From Elsinoe ampelina (Eukaryota): 62,511 nucleotides of DNA. Under the pieces are notes generated by a model. The model was given only the letters and a program-made list of their open reading frames with translations. It ran no database searches and was not told the DNA's origin. Numbering within the stretch: the first letter of the stretch is position 1; the number at the start of each line of letters is the position of its first letter. The translations under genes and the position numbers were made by a program. Shown here piece by piece: positions 1 to 15,071 of this stretch. The stretch spans positions 62,001-124,511 of the forward strand of contig ML992518.1 in assembly GCA_010093995.1 (NCBI GenBank). Reading direction: 5' to 3'.

Positions 1-3000
1 AAAGAGAATAACTTAGATATTATTATTAATAAGAATAAGAATAAGAATAATAAGTAGTTATTACGCTTATTACTTATAGGTTAGCTATATAAAGTATATA
101 TAGTATAGGTGTTTCTAGCGTTATTCTTATAAAGATACTAGGCTAAAGAGCTATAGATAGAAATAGATAGTCTTAATCCTTAAGCTAATATTCCTATTAA
201 AGTTATAAAGCTAAAGTCTCTAGTACTAAGTATCTTATTATAAGTATATAATAGTATTACTACGAGTTATCTACTATCTACTACTAAGTTACTTATTCTT
301 CTCTTAACTCTAGCTATACTTACTACTTTCTCTAAACTCTCTTAATAAGTTATCTATCTCTTTAAAGTTCTTTTTCTTTATCTATAAGCTCTTAGTCTTA
401 TTATACCTCTCTTACTTAAGTAGATATTTCTTCTTTCTTATACGTATAGTATACTTTATAAGAATCTTTTCTATATACTAAACTTGTTCTCTATCTTCTA
501 CTAACTCTAGGGCTTTTATATTTAGTAATTCTTCCTCTTCCCTAGAGTAAAAGAGCTCTAGGAGAGATATATAAAATACGTTATATATACGATAAGAGCT
601 TAGTAGCTATAGGTAATATACCTAAGAGTTAATTGCTTCTTTAATACGAAATAGGCCTATAAATTTGTCTATTAGCTTTCTACTTAGGGCTTTAAGCTTA
701 AGGTTCTTTATATTTAGCTATACTAAGTCCTTTAGCTTAAACTTTATTAGGGTGTACTTCTTATTATAGTATTAGGTTTAATACTTAACTACGGCCTTTA
801 AGCGCTCTTAAAGATTTACTTATAGTATATATATATTTTACACTTATTATATAGCTACTAGTACCTCCCCCTCTAGCTGCCTATCCTTAGGCGAGTTATA
901 GAGGATTAGGTACTTTCCTAGAATAATAAAGAACGGAGTTTCCTTTGTTACTATATATATTAAGTTATTATATATAAATTTAGCTATATAAAGCAAATTT
1001 AGCTAATCTTTAGAATACTCTCCTATAAATACTTAGAGGTAGTATTCGAGTGTCTAATTCTAGTATTTTGTTTACCTATTAGTTTATAGATAGAAAGCTA
1101 TACTTAACCTACGCTTTACCTATAGTTAATAGCAAATTGTAGTCTAGAACTAGCTTATAAATAGAGATTCTCTATCTAATATAATTCCTTTCTATATACT
1201 ATATTTGCAAATTATATACTTAAAGTAGATATCTATAAAGTCCTTTATAGTCTATATCTCTTTAGCTATAATATAGATTACTAGCTTTAATAATCTATTA
1301 TAGATTACTAAGATTACGTTATATATACTACTATTATATATTATAGAGGAGAGCTTTATAATAAAGTCTAGTATAACTTCTTTAAAGATATTAGAAGGAA
1401 TAGGTAGAGATAATAGCTTACTATATAGTATATACTTTAGTGCTTTTAACCTTTAGCACGTGCTATATATCTTAATATACTTATATACTTCCTAATCTAA
1501 TAATAGCTAGTAGTAGTGTCTACTAATTAGATTATACGTTCTTATAGCGCTATAGTAGCTAGCTATACGAGAGTTATAGTATTAATATAAGATTTCTTAT
1601 CTTAGACTTAGTTTATTAGGAACATAGAGCCTGCCCTTATATATAAGAGTTCTATCTTTATATTTACGCTATACTAGCGACTTTTTACTACTTCGGGTAT
1701 ACTCTTCCTACTCTAGATCGGCTATACGTTTTAAAGTAAAAGCGTCTCTCTACTAAAGTATATAGATAGTCTATAATATTAAAGTATCCCCTACTAATAT
1801 AAGTTCGCTAGTAATAAGCACTCTTACTAGATAGTGTAGTATATATAGTATATATTCTATAGTACTAGTAGTTAGGCTAGATTCGCGTTTATAGGTTATA
1901 GGCTATTAACCTATAACCTCTAAGCTATACTTAGAGGTAGAGCTAATTCTACTAATAAGTTACACTCTTATAGTAACTAGATCTAATCCTAGTTTACTTA
2001 CTAAGTTTAGCTTATATTATAAGGTAGAGAGTAATTTTATAAGCGCGTAGTTCTCCTTAAAGTAGTTTACTCTTCTTAAGGGCCTATCGGCTAGATTTAA
2101 CTTACTAGAGTAGTACTAGACTTCGAAGTTAAAGGCTCCTAAGTAGGACGCCTATTATACCTAGCGCGGGTTAAGCTTACTTATATTATATATACCTCGT
2201 AGGTTATTATAGTTACTTAGAACCTATATAGTATACTAAGTGCCCTTAAGGTAGTAACGCTACTACTTAAAGTAATAGACAATTACGTATAGTTCTTAGT
2301 TATATACCTCCTAGATATGCTCTACTCCCTAAAGCTTCTTAGAAATAAAGGTAACTAGGTACTATTTCTCGTCTTTATATAGCTAGGAGAGGATACCTAC
2401 TACTATAAAGGTTAATATATCTATCTCTAGGTATATTAGTAGCTAGAGGTCGAAATATTATAGTAAAGGCGCTTCTATAAAGCACGCTTTAAGCTAAATA
2501 AAGCTAGCTTCTATAGCTTCTAGCTATATAAAGGTAGATTGCTTCTTCTTTAAGAGATCTATTATAGGGGCTATTAGTTTTATATAATTCTAAATAAATC
2601 TATAATAGAAGTTAGTAAAGCTAAGGAATAACTAAAGCTCCTTAATGCTAGTTAGTCGAGGCTATCTAGAGATAGTTACTACTTACGTAGGATTAGCGTA
2701 GATACCTTACGTATCTATAATAAACCCTAAGAAGGACATCTACTTTATAGTAAAGATATACTTAGATAGGTTTATAAATAGTTTAGCCTATCTTAACCGT
2801 TTAAGAATAGCGCTTACTACTTACTAGTAAGTATCTAGATCTTCGCTATAAGTATAGATAAGAATATTATCTAGGTATACTATATATAGATAGTCTACTA
2901 ATCCTCTAAGAGTCTAGTTAATATAGGCCTAGAAGGTAGTAGGCGCGTTAGTAAGCCTAAAAGGTATAACTAGGTATTTAAAATAGCTATAACATATTCT

Positions 3001-5302
3001 AAAGGTAGTCTTCTACTTATCTCCTAGGCTAATATAGATTCTATTATATATATCCTTTAGATCTAGAGTTATATAGTAATATACGCCTAATAGGTAGTCT
3101 AGCATCTTACTAATTAAAGAAAGTAGGTAGTAATCCTTTATAGTAATAGAGTTAAGGCCCCTATAGTTAATATATAAACGAAGAGTACTATCCTTCTTTA
3201 GTATAAATAGGATAGGTACCTCTACTAGGCTTATACTATAACGAATCTAGCCCTTCTTAAGTATATCTTCGAGGTATAATTATAGTACCTTAAGCTTATA
3301 TAAAGAGAGGTTATAGAGTAGGCTATAAGGTAGCTTCTTACCTAGTAGAATAGGAATTTAATAATTCTCTTCTTTAGTAGTAGGCAGGATTTTAGTAGTA
3401 TTAGTATTAAAGATATTCTAGTAGTCTAATAATACGTCTAGTACCTAATTTTCCTAAGAGATACTAGCGATTTAGATACGAGCAATAACTTTCTTACCTT
3501 AGAGGTTACTATAAACTACGCCTAAGAAGTATATATAGCTCTCCTCTTGTTCTAGCTACTAGATTATTACTATCTAGATATGTAACTTATCTTTAATACT
3601 CTAAGCCTAAGTCTACTATCTATAGTCTAGCTATATAGCTTCTCTTTATAAGAAGGAGTTACCTAAGAGTAGCTCTAGTTCTTCTTTATCTACTCTATAA
3701 GTAATAGTTTTAACCTAGTATATCACACCTCAGTCATTAGTAAGTATTACCTATATCTTATATATAGTATATATAGCTTTCCTTTCTAACTCTACCTAGG
3801 CTAGTTAAGGTAGGTTACTTAGTACTAAGTTAAGGTTTATCTTAATTACTATATACTAGCTAATAAGGCTAACCTTTACTTAAGAATCTAAGATAACTTC
3901 TACCTTATAGTCGACTCTAGTTACTCCTATTATAATATAGATGTGATATATCTCTAGTAAAATATTAATAGCTCTATACCTCGTAGTTCTAGAGGTAACT
4001 ACGAGGCTTAGTCTTTTCCCTAGGCCTATCTTATATAAGTAATAGGCTCCTTATTAGCGTCTAAGAGTTAAGCTTTCTTTCTATACTTATTTACGTAGTA
4101 GCTTATCTTCTTATAGAAGTAGTATTTAACTTTCGACTTATAGGAGAAGTCTTTCTTAGGGGCTAACTTCTCTTTATATTAATCCTCGCGTTATAGCTTT
4201 TAGCTATATCTAGCTAAGTAATTATAATAGTTCTATAGCTTACCTACGCTCTATAGGTTATACTCTAGCGTAGATCCTAAGATAATAAGACCTTCTCTTA
4301 TTAGAGGTATAGTATAGTAGTTTATAATTACTTACTAAAGTTTAGAGCGGAGTTTTAAGAATAGGTGCTATATATAGTACTCCTCTAAGTAGAGAGGTAG
4401 CTAGTCCTTAATTATTTCTAAATAGGTAGCGAAGGTCCTAATACTCTATCTAGAAAGTTATAGCGTAGTAGTATACGTAGTAGTTGCTTCTAAGGTGCAA
4501 TTAATAGGATTAGAGAGTATATCTAGTAGAAAGGTCTTAAATTAGCTCTAGGTATACGATTTTATAAGTAGCTTATACTCTATATAAGAGTACTATACTT
4601 TACGCAAGTCTCTTATAAGATACTAGCTTACCTAAGTAACCTTCTCTTATTCTAACTAGAAGTTCTCTAGAGTAAGCTAGAAGACTATCTTATAGCTCCG
4701 AGTAAATTCCTTATATTCCCTTAGGTATTTCCCTTTATATTCCTTAGGATCCTTTAGCCTTATACTATACTTTACGCGCGAAGGTTCTATATCTTAAGAG
4801 GTATAGCGCTTATAACTTCTAGCTACTAATCTTGTTCCTATATCGCTTTAGATCTTAATACTATCTAGATTTGCTTCTCTCTTAAGAAGAGTAATTTATT
4901 TCTTAATCTATCGAAGAGTTTATTCCTATAGGAGATAATCCCTTTACTATTCTACGTCGTAGATATACTTCTCGAGCGAGGTAGTTACTACTAGTAGTTC
5001 TCCTAGAGTAGTTATAAAGGTTCCTATACCCTTCTTATTACTAATAGAGCCTAACTATATTCTTATAATAGCTATCCTTAGACTACTTCCTAAGTAGAGT
5101 AAGGAAGTATTATTATATTAGAGGTAGATTATATTAATACTAGTAAGTATATATAATAATTAACTTATAGTAGTATAAGGATAGCTCTTAATTAGTAGTA
5201 CAAATAATACTTAAGGAAACTATCTTCCTCTACTAGTACGTAGTAAGATTAGAGCCTATATATATAGGCTATCTAAAGCTAGCTAGACTCTAGATTCTTA
5301 TA
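1..5302 (-). mobile_element. RIP-degraded Ty3/Gypsy chromovirus relic D (gag-pol; 3' end outside window)
   Basis: Minus-strand de-RIP reading gives RT '[22 protein letters not shown]...VVYLDDILIY' (~2990-2860), integrase 'GIISDRESLFTSQFW' (~1190-1140) and chromodomain 'WYVEKIL...KYLLKW' (~490-400). Probable 5' LTR at ~5111-5302 is tentative because its partner LTR is not in the window. Confidence 0.85.
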
Positions 5303-6150
5303 CCTAATTAGAAGCTTATACCTTATCCCTAAAAATCCCTATAATACTACTATATAGAGCTATAGAACGACTAGGCTAAATGTCTATTATAAGCGGAATT
5401 TGTAAGTAATAATAGTATTTATACTACGCTATATATAAGCCTCTTTTAAATAATATATAGCTACTATCTAGAGCTAGAAGTAATAGCTATTAAGTCTCGG
5501 GACAAGACTTTAGAGAGAAGAGTACTAGTAGTAGTAGAGTTAGCGTAATACTTATAAGATATATATATAAAGCTAGTAGAGTAATAGAAAGAGACTTTCG
5601 CCTACTAGGCTAAGTACTATAATAGGAAGTATACGCTAAAGGTATATAGTATAAGTAACTTAGTACTACTCTCGGCTAAGAACTTATAGCTACCTATACT
5701 AAAGAAGAAGATAGAACTATAATTCTTTAGCCTATTTCGTATACTTAATATAATTAAATCGTAGGTGTATTACCTAGCTTTACTAAGTTAGTATTATATC
5801 TATAATATCTTTTATATATCTCTTTTTAAACTATAGATAGATAGAGCTAGTAAGGAGCTAGAAGAGAGTATATCTCTTACTAACGAAGTAGATAAGTAGA
5901 TAGTAGAGAAGATCCTAGGTAGAAGAACTATAAAGGGTAAGGTATTCTACTTAGTAAAGTAGAAGGACTAGCCTATTAAGTTTAATAGCTAAGAACCTAA
6001 AGAGAATTACGTAAATACGAGAGAGCTAATTACTATATATAAGTCATAGCTTAGAGTAGCTAAGAAAAGTTGCTAAAGGCGTAGATTATAGAGTATATAA
6101 GTAGATAGATTATATAAATATATAAATAGAGTAAAGAGTAGACTCCTTAT
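5303..6150 (+). mobile_element. Truncated Ty3/Gypsy relic E (integrase C-terminus plus chromodomain), probably interrupted by element D
   Basis: De-RIP reading 'NDWAKCLSQAEFxSNNS...SPFQMMYGYHPE' (~5365-5475) and chromodomain '[37 protein letters not shown]' (~5897-6008). Boundaries approximate. Confidence 0.75.
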
Positions 6151-6199
6151 CTAGGGAAATGTATTTTAATAAAGCACTATACTTACGCTATTATTATAG

Positions 6200-7370
6200 G
6201 TATTAACCTAAACTCTATACTCTATTATACTCTATATAAGGCCTTATTATAGGTATAGTACTAGGGACGCGTACCTAGCTTATATATACCTACTTATCTA
6301 TATTACTACTCTCGTCTACCTCTATACTAAGATTCTCCCCTATAAGTACTATAGGGGCTATAAGCTACCTACTAGCTATAATATAGTTAATTTTAGTAGT
6401 AGAACTACTAGAGTTATATACTATCTAAACCTATTAGTCGTGTTTATAACGTATAAGGAGTATAGTTTAACTTACCTTCTTACCGATAGTAATTAAGCTA
6501 TAAAGGCTATACTTAATCTTCTATAGCTCCTTAACCTTCTTACGCTCGAGCGTAATACTACTAAGCGAGCTACCTATAGGCTCTATATAAGGAGTTAAGA
6601 CCTCGCTAATAACCTTATTCTTATTAGTATAGTATACCTTAAGTATAGTCTTAAACTTCTTAACCTTAGGGACGTTTTTATAGGCTATAGCACGTATATA
6701 CTTCTTAGCTATAGTAATACTAGCCTAGTCGGAGGCCTTAAGCTTAGTAACTATATTAAAGGCGTTAATATATATATTATATAGGAGAGATAGAAGCAGC
6801 TCGTATATATACTTACTATAGGCGTAGTATTTATACTTATAATAGAAGAAGATACTAAAGTTACCTCTAGTATAGATATAATCTACTACGAATTAGTTAT
6901 GTCTCTTATAAGAGCTCTATTAGCTTACTCTTAGTAATACTATTAGCGTACCTAGTATAGGTATTAGTCTTCTCTTTAGGAAGTAAAAGAGTTATAGAGT
7001 CGGCGCTAGTAGTAATAGCTCTCTAGGCGCTAGTAGACTTTACGCTATAAGTATTAGCTATAGGGGGGCTAGAGTTAAATAATATAATAGTTATAGGTAG
7101 TACGCTTATATAGTAAGAGATTAACAAAATATAGATATATTTTAGGTAGAAAAGAAGAATATAAGGAAGAATAATAAGATTATATAGACTAACCTCTAGT
7201 ATACTATATCTTTATTATAGCTACTAGCGTAAGGTATACGTCTCCTACGATACTACTAGGAATTCTAAGAAAAGTAATATTATTGCCGCCGATTAGCTTT
7301 AGCACTATAGTAACTAGATAAACGCCCCTCTAGGAACTAGATTCTTAGGACTACTACTACTAGACATTAT
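6200..7370 (-). pseudogene. RIP-killed, probably multi-exon ORF remnant of unknown function
   Basis: Long minus-strand frame (~6890-6470) whose stops are only TAG/TAA; intron-like GTTAGT...GCTAAT...TAG at ~7193-7046. No recognisable domain. Confidence 0.35.
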
Positions 7371-7766
7371 ACGAGATATATATAAGGCCTTTATAAAAAT
7401 ACCTTAACTACCTTATATCTATATTACCTCCGAATAATACTATATATTATATACTTCTAGTCGAGAGCTAAGGATAGCTCTCCTAGAGGAGGAGACAATT
7501 ATAAGGGCTTAGTATTAGAGCGGCACTTAGTAGCGGCTAGTCTCGCTTATATAATATACTTAAATATCCTACGTAGCGCTTATGCCTAGGGCTTAATAGT
7601 AATTAGTTCTACTACTAACGGACTATTCGGTTAGATAGGCGTTCTCTATATTACGACATATATAGCTTTAATATAAGGCTTTAATAGATACTAATTTACA
7701 TAGCGTAAACTAGGTAAAAGTATCTAATTCGACTACTAAGATAGTAAGGTATCTAGCTTACTTAAT

Positions 7767-8559
7767 TTAATCTAGCTCGTATAACTATCTTAGAGTAATA
7801 CTAGCGCTTAAAAGGGCTAATTTAGCTTTAAATCTAGTATAGAAGGCCTTTATTAAAGGCCTAGGTATCTCTCTACCTATCCGAGCGTATACCTCTTATA
7901 CTATTAAGGTCGTAATTCTCCTTCTTTAGCTTAAATTTAACCTAATCTAGTACCTAAATATCTCTTTTAAAGCTTCTCTTTCTCTTTATCTACTTAAAGA
8001 ATTTAGTTAAAACTTTGTAAGGGTTAGCCTTAAAGGTAATAGGTAAGGATCTTAAGTCGTTTATAGGCCCTAAGCGCTACTATAGCTAGTAAGGAGTAAT
8101 CGAGTTTATAATATTAATATAGTTAATAGGTGTTAGAGAGAGTATAAAAGGTACTAAAGATACTAAAGGTATTAGTATTAGTAGTGTTAGTAGAGCGCTT
8201 TTAATACTCCTCGAGGCCTTTAAGCGATTAAGGCTTAATATAAGGCCTATAGAAGAACAATTAATAGTAGCTTTACTATTATAAATAGTAGTAGCCTAGG
8301 TATACTTATTCTCCGTTATAATCTAGTAGTACTTACTAGTTAACGTACGCTAGTATAACCTCTTATAGTTATAGTAATTACAATTAGTATAAGTCTATAC
8401 CGACTCTAATAGAGGCTTCTTATTACTATTTACGCCCTCGAGCGTACTACGTAATTAGCTCGTTACTAAGCCTTAACCTTATAATAGTAGCGCTAGCTAT
8501 ACTACCTATAAAGACAGTAGTATTATACTAGCTACTAGAGTCTATACCGTCCTTACTAG
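7767..8559 (-). pseudogene. 3' part of RIP-killed ORF C1 (continues from 23625-22740 across the element B insertion)
   Basis: The reading frame stays in register when element B and one copy of its ACTAG TSD are removed; only TAG/TAA stops. Confidence 0.55.
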
Positions 8560-8645
8560 TAATACGAGATAGATACGAACTAGATTTAGTTAGGATCTAG
8601 TTTAGGAATTAGTTATGTAATCTTAGTATCGTAGCCTAGGCTTCT

Positions 8646-8856
8646 TATAATAGGAACTATAAACTTATAGCTAGTAGACAGATGTCGAAGATACGTTATT
8701 CTAGCTACGATTCTATATAGTATATATAGTAGTAGTTCCTAACCTTCTATAGAGAGGTTAGGAATTTATTATTATATTTATATAGTATATACTTCTCCTC
8801 TATTACTTCTCTATCTTAGAGACATTATACCTACTCTATCTAGATACTCTATTATA
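8646..8856 (+). repeat. 5' LTR of Gypsy A
   Basis: Near-identical direct repeat of 16350-16560; termini TA...TA are consistent with RIP-mutated TG...CA. Confidence 0.93.
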
Positions 8857-11800
8857 ATTTAAATTCCTCCTAAAACTATAGTTAAGATAGCTTAAGTCAA
8901 TAGTCTTAACGTAGTTAGCTTAATAAAGAACTAACGGATTATCCGCTATAGATACTATATCTACTAGCTCGGTAGAAGCTACCTAATTAAAACTTATTCT
9001 CTCTAATATATCTAAGGAGGAGCTATATACTACCTAAGAAGAGCTAGCTTAACTCCGCTAGAATAGAGAGTATATAGAGATCTAGAGAGCTCTTATAATT
9101 AAGCGTAAAGGACCCCTTTAGAAGAGAACCTATATCGATACGTAGGAATAGTAAGAGAAGTCTAATAATAATAATTAGTTATACTAGAATAGTATCTCTC
9201 GAGGAACCCCTAATCTAGATATTTCTCTAGAGATACTTTCTCTTTAAATTAACCTTAAGAAAGTACAAAAGCTAGAAGTACTAGAGAAACTAAAGAGATA
9301 TATATACCTTACTAACGTAAAGGCGTTTATTCGATTATACTATACTATCTTTAGAGTCTATAAGTATATTTATCTTACTAGTAAAGATCGAGTCTAGTTT
9401 ATAGCTAGCTATCTAAATAGATTCCTCGCTATAATATAGAAGAGCTATATTAATAACGTAGGACCTTAGGCTAAGAACTAGAGCTACTTTTAAGAATAGA
9501 TTAAAGATTATATTATAGATAAGAGTAACTAAGCTTTAAAATATACCTAACTATTCTATAATAGTGCTTAGAGATTAAACTAATTAGTCGCTAAGTTTGC
9601 CTAATACCTCGAAGAGTATACTAAAGAAATTAGTAATACTACTATAGATAAGGCTTAATTTATAAGCTACCTTATTAATAGTGTAAAGCCTACGTATTAA
9701 TAGAGCTATATAGCGCTCTAAGACCCTCTAAGGGGTAAAGATAAGGCTATCTCCTACTTTACTTATATTAAGAGTATATTTAGAAGCTAAGCTATCTCTA
9801 AAACGATATATATCTCTCGCTACTTCGTAGATAAGCTAAAGAGAGGTAACTAGAAATTCTAGAATAACAAAAATAAGAAAAAAAGAAGATTTAAAGACCT
9901 TATATCTAGGGTTAATACAACTCTAATACTCTATTACTCTAACCTCTTAGAGGTAAAGTACTATAGGTATAAGTAACTTAGCTATATCTACTCTAACTAC
10001 CCTTATAATAAGATAAAAAACTAGATACTCTAGCTATAGATCTCGCCTCTATATAGCTAGGAGTATCTAAAGGAGGTTCGCTACTAAGCTAACTAAGGAT
10101 AGACATTTACCTTAGTTAGAAAGGTAGAGCTCTATCTACTAATTACGTAGCTATATCTCTTATAGATTTAGGAGCTAATATTTGTTTTATTAACTACTAT
10201 TACGTAAAGGAGAAAGAAGTCTACCTATATACTAATAGCGTAATAAGAGTAAAGTCTCTCGACTAGTACGAGATATACTTATATAGATACTACTATCTTA
10301 TAGTAGAAGCTACTAACTACTATAGCGTTATAAAGGAGATTCGATAGTACTTTAAGTTAGTAGAGATAAAGAGATATAACTTAGTACTAGGCTAGACGTA
10401 GCTCTTTAGTATTAATCTAGACATCGATTAGTAAAGCTAGAGATAGAGATATTACTCTACTAGCGTTAATATAACGCTCTTAATAGTAGAAGAATTTACT
10501 AAGGAAATATTAGAGTAGCTATAGTACTATATAGTTTTCTTAAATATAATTTATAAAGATAATACTCTAACGTTATAGAGTAAGCTTCTAAGCTAGCTCT
10601 ATAACTTCTTAGATATATTCGATAATAAGGAAGCTATTACTATACTCTCTCTAGCGCTATATAACTACTTAATTAAACTTATCGAAGAGAAGTAACCTCT
10701 ATAGAGACCTATTTATACCCTTATAGAGACGGAGCTAAGTACTCTTAGAGAGTACCTAGCTAAGAATTTAAAGCTAGGCTATATTCGCTACTCTACTAGC
10801 CTTATAGAGGCTCCTATCCTCTTTATGCCTAAGGCTAATAAGTTACTATATCTCTACGTCGACTACTAAGGTCTTAATAATGTCTTAGTAAAGAACTACT
10901 ACCCTTTACTCCTTATTACCGAGATACTTAATAGAATCTAAAGGGCTAAGGTATACTTAAAAATAGATCTTAGGGATATATACTACTATATTTAGATTAA
11001 GGAGAGCGACGAATAGAAGATAGCGTTTTAATATAGATATAGACATTTTAAATATATAGTTATACCTTTTAGCCTTATAAACGCTCCTACTACCTTCTAG
11101 TTATATATTAGCTAATACCTTAATAGCTTAGTTAATTACTACTATATTGTCTATATAGATAATATTCTTATCTACTCCTAAGACTCGTTATAGTACTATA
11201 GGTATATTAAAGAAGTTCTAGCGTAACTTAGGAAGTATCTTCTTTTTATAAAGGCTTCTAAGTATACCTTTAAAGTTAAGAAAGTATAGTTTCTAAGATA
11301 TGTTCTAAGCCCTAAGAGTGTCTCGATAGAGCCTTAGAGGGTTTAAGCTATTATAGACTAGCTAGAACTTACTTCTCTAAAAGAACTCTAGATCTTTCTT
11401 AGATTTATAAACTTTTATTAATAGTTTATTAATAGCTACGTAGAGATAATAAGACCTATAATATAACTACTTATAAAGAGTAAAAATAGAAAATAGATAG
11501 GTCCTTTCTACTTTACTAATAGTACTAGGTAATTATTCTAATATCTTAAAGACTACTTTATAACTACTTCTCTCCTATAGTTTTTTAATAAAAGTAAGAA
11601 TATAAGAATATATACTAACTCCTCTAGATTTACTATCTCTAGGATTACTATATAACTATTTAGTAATAGCGGAGAGAAGGTAGTCTAATAGTACTCTATT
11701 ATATACTATTTATAGAAACTATAGGGAGTAGAGTTAAACTAGCCTATATATAACTAAGAGCTACTTACTATCCTCGAGGTAGTATACTACTAGTAGTAGT

Positions 11801-14123
11801 ATCTCCTCTCTATTTCTTCTACTACTATCGTATTTATATATTATAATAATCTAAAATACTTCTTAATAACTAAGATACTCTTAGCTTAATAGACCTACGT
11901 TAGCGAAGAGCTATTATAATATAATATCTAGATTACCTATAACCTAGAGAAGCTTAATTCTACTAATAGACTATTAAGAAGACTAGACCTAGATACTAGA
12001 GATAAGTAAGCTAAGGTAGACTTATACCTATAGGTCCTAAGAGACTTATATAAGAGACTAAAGAGATATCTCCTCCTTAACGCTATAATAGTAGCTAAGT
12101 AAGTTAAGTTAACCTAAGATATATAAGATAAGATACTAGATATAAACTTAGTAGTTACTAAGGACTCCTTACTAAGATAGCGTAGTAAGATAGAGTATAC
12201 TAGGAGATCTAAAGATACCTAAGAGAGTATTATAGCCTAAGGCGAGATACTAGATATAGATATAGAAGCTAAGATAGCTCCCCGCGAGGGTAGAGATAGT
12301 AGATCTACTCCCCTAGAGGTAAGTAGTTCCTTTTACTATTCCCTATAGATAACTATAGTAGAGAGATTATAGAGAGATTATAGAGAACTTACTAGCCCTA
12401 GACATCTATACGCGATAGCTACAAAAGAAGATAATATATATAAAGAGGCGCTACTAAGGCTACTTAGCCTAGTAAAGAGGCTATAGTAGTAAGATACTAT
12501 AGTAGAGACAACACTAAAGCGTCTTAGTAATCCTAAAGAAAGAGAGACTACTAAGAGAGAGAGCTAGAGATAGTAGAATAATAGCGTCCTACTATTCTAA
12601 GATAAAGTCTTTATCCTAGCTATAAAAATACTAACTACGGAGATACTCTATAGGAATTATAATAATCTAATAGTAGGCTACCTCGGAATAGAAAAGATAC
12701 TCTTTATACTAAAGTAGAAGTACTATTAGAAGAGTATAACGATAGACGTTACTAAATATATAAATTACTATAATAAGTACTAAAGAATAAAGGTTTCTTA
12801 ATATTAGCTCTATAGTAAAATATAGGCTCTAAGATTACTCTCTATTAGAGAAGTACTCTAGTATTAGTTAATAGACTTTATTACTAATTTACCTCTAGCG
12901 AAGGACTAATAGAGCTCTATTACTAATTTAATTTTAGTACTAGTAGATAAAGTGTCTAAATATGTTAGATATATTCTAGTAAGAAAAGATATAGAGGCCT
13001 AAGAGTTAGCTAATATTATAGAGAGGAAGATCCTTAGTTACTATAGGTTCTAAGAAGCTAGATTACTAATAGGGGTACTCTATTTAAGTCTAAATTTTAG
13101 ATATTTCTCTACTAGAGATAGAAGGTCTAGAGATACCTCTCGATAGTGTTCTACTCTTAAACTAATAGCACTACAAAGAGGTAGAACTAGATAATTAAAT
13201 AGTACCTAAGGGTATTTATTAATTTCTACTAAGATAACTAGCTATACTAGCTATATTAGGCTAAGTTTACCTATAATAGCTCCTATAGCGCATTACTAGA
13301 GGCAAGCCTACTCTATTATATTTATAGAATAGTCCTATATCTCTCTAATAATATTAAAGCTAACGCTATAGAGAAGAAGGTAGCTCTATAACTACTAGAA
13401 GTACTAGTAGTAGAAGTAAAAGTAAAGGCTCTATAAGATATAAAAGAAGAACTTAAGTAGTATAGGCTTAATACTATTATATAGTAGAAGGTATACTATA
13501 ATAAGAAGTACTAGCTAATAAGGTTTAAGAAAGGCTAAGAAGTTATACTAAGTACTAAGAACCTCTAGTCCCTCTAGCTAAAGAAGAAGCTAGTAGCAAA
13601 GTTTATAGGTCTATTTACTATCGCTAAGATAGTAAGCTACTAAGTATACTAACTTAACCTTCTAGTATATATAAAATTAATCTACTTAATCTTTTATATA
13701 TCTCTCCTTAAGGCTTATTAACAAGGTAATAATATTACTCTACTACTAGTAGAGATTAAGAGGGAAGAAGAATATAAGGTTAAAGAGGTAGTTAATAAGA
13801 GTCTTATTAGGGGTAAGACTTACTATAAGATACTCTAGAAAGGCTATTCTAAAGAGGAAGCTAGCTAGGAGCTAATAGAGTATCTATAGAATACTATTAG
13901 TAAAATTAAGAACTTTAAGAAGAAGAGCCTTATTCTAAGTATAATAGTAAAGTAACGCTATATTAAGTAAGAGACTTATAAGGCTTAAAGAGCTTAAACT
14001 TACACTATAGAGAAAGAGAGAGATAAAGGAATAGTATAAGATTAAGATTTAAAAAAGTAAGTCTATATTATAAAAAAGTATTATATTAGCTTAACAATAT
14101 ATCTCTAATATAATACTAGCAAA

Positions 14124-14671
14124 TTATAAGAGGTCTATCTTAACTCTATTCTCTAAATCTTTAGGCTTATCTAGCTCTACTAGCTTAAGGATAAGATTAT
14201 TATATAGAGACTCTATTATATCTTTATTAAACTTCTAAATATAGATAGTAGTATTAAAGGTATACTAGGTTAAAATAAGACTCTCGATAAGTAGAGTATA
14301 AGAGACGTTATACTACTATAGGTTAGCTATTATAGTAACGATATAGAATAAAAACATATAAAGACATATTTAGTATAGAAGTATTAATAGAGGTAGTAGT
14401 AGAGGAAAGTACCTACGTTATTATTATAAATATATTAGGACTAGACCTACTTATAGTTAAGGTATATAGTAGTCTAGTAGCAAATATAAGGCTTATACTA
14501 ACGGTAGTACACTAGCGTAGCGTAGTTAGAAGGGGTCTAGAACTATAGAAACTTAGGCTTAGAGCTCTTACTATAGTTATAGTTATAGTTACTAGAGAAG
14601 TCTCTACTAAATCTAAGACGGCATATTACTTCTATAATAACGTTAGTAATCTCTAGAGACTCGAAGGACAT
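14124..14671 (-). pseudogene. Antisense accessory gene 1 inside Gypsy A (two exons, putative Cys-cluster protein), RIP-killed
   Basis: Intact ATG at 14671 (MSFES...). Intron 14359-14316 with (G>A)TATGT donor, GCTAAC branch site and TAG acceptor. Exon 2 is acidic after de-RIP and ends at TAA 14126-14124. Confidence 0.6.
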
Positions 14672-15071
14672 AGTATAGCTAGAGTTATTAATCTAATTAG
14701 TAGAGATATAGTAGGTCGTAATACTATAGAATTCTAATATTATAGCGTAGAAGTTAAGTAGATAGAAAGAATAAGAGGTCTAAGAAGATTAAGGAGAAAG
14801 AGAGAGAAGATAATATATATATATTACTTCTCTATTATCTAAATAATAATACTCTCCTTAATAATACTTACCTTAATAATAGACTCTTAATAATATAATA
14901 ATACTTAAGGGGATAATAGGCCTCTAATAAAGAAGTAAGAGTAATCTAAGAGCTATAGCTCTACTAAGGGCTATAAAATAAAAGACTTAAGCAAAAAGAA
15001 GAAGTAGAAAGTAAAAAACTCTATAAACTCTAAAAGGTAAAATCTATCTCCGATAGCTCTAAGCTATTATA

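Noticed and set aside
6430..6790. Penelope/non-LTR RT-like words on the minus strand ('NAF', 'EP(M)GSSLS', 'RYKHD')
   Set aside because: Spacing and context do not fit an RT, there is no true YxDD, and the matches depend on arbitrary de-RIP choices.
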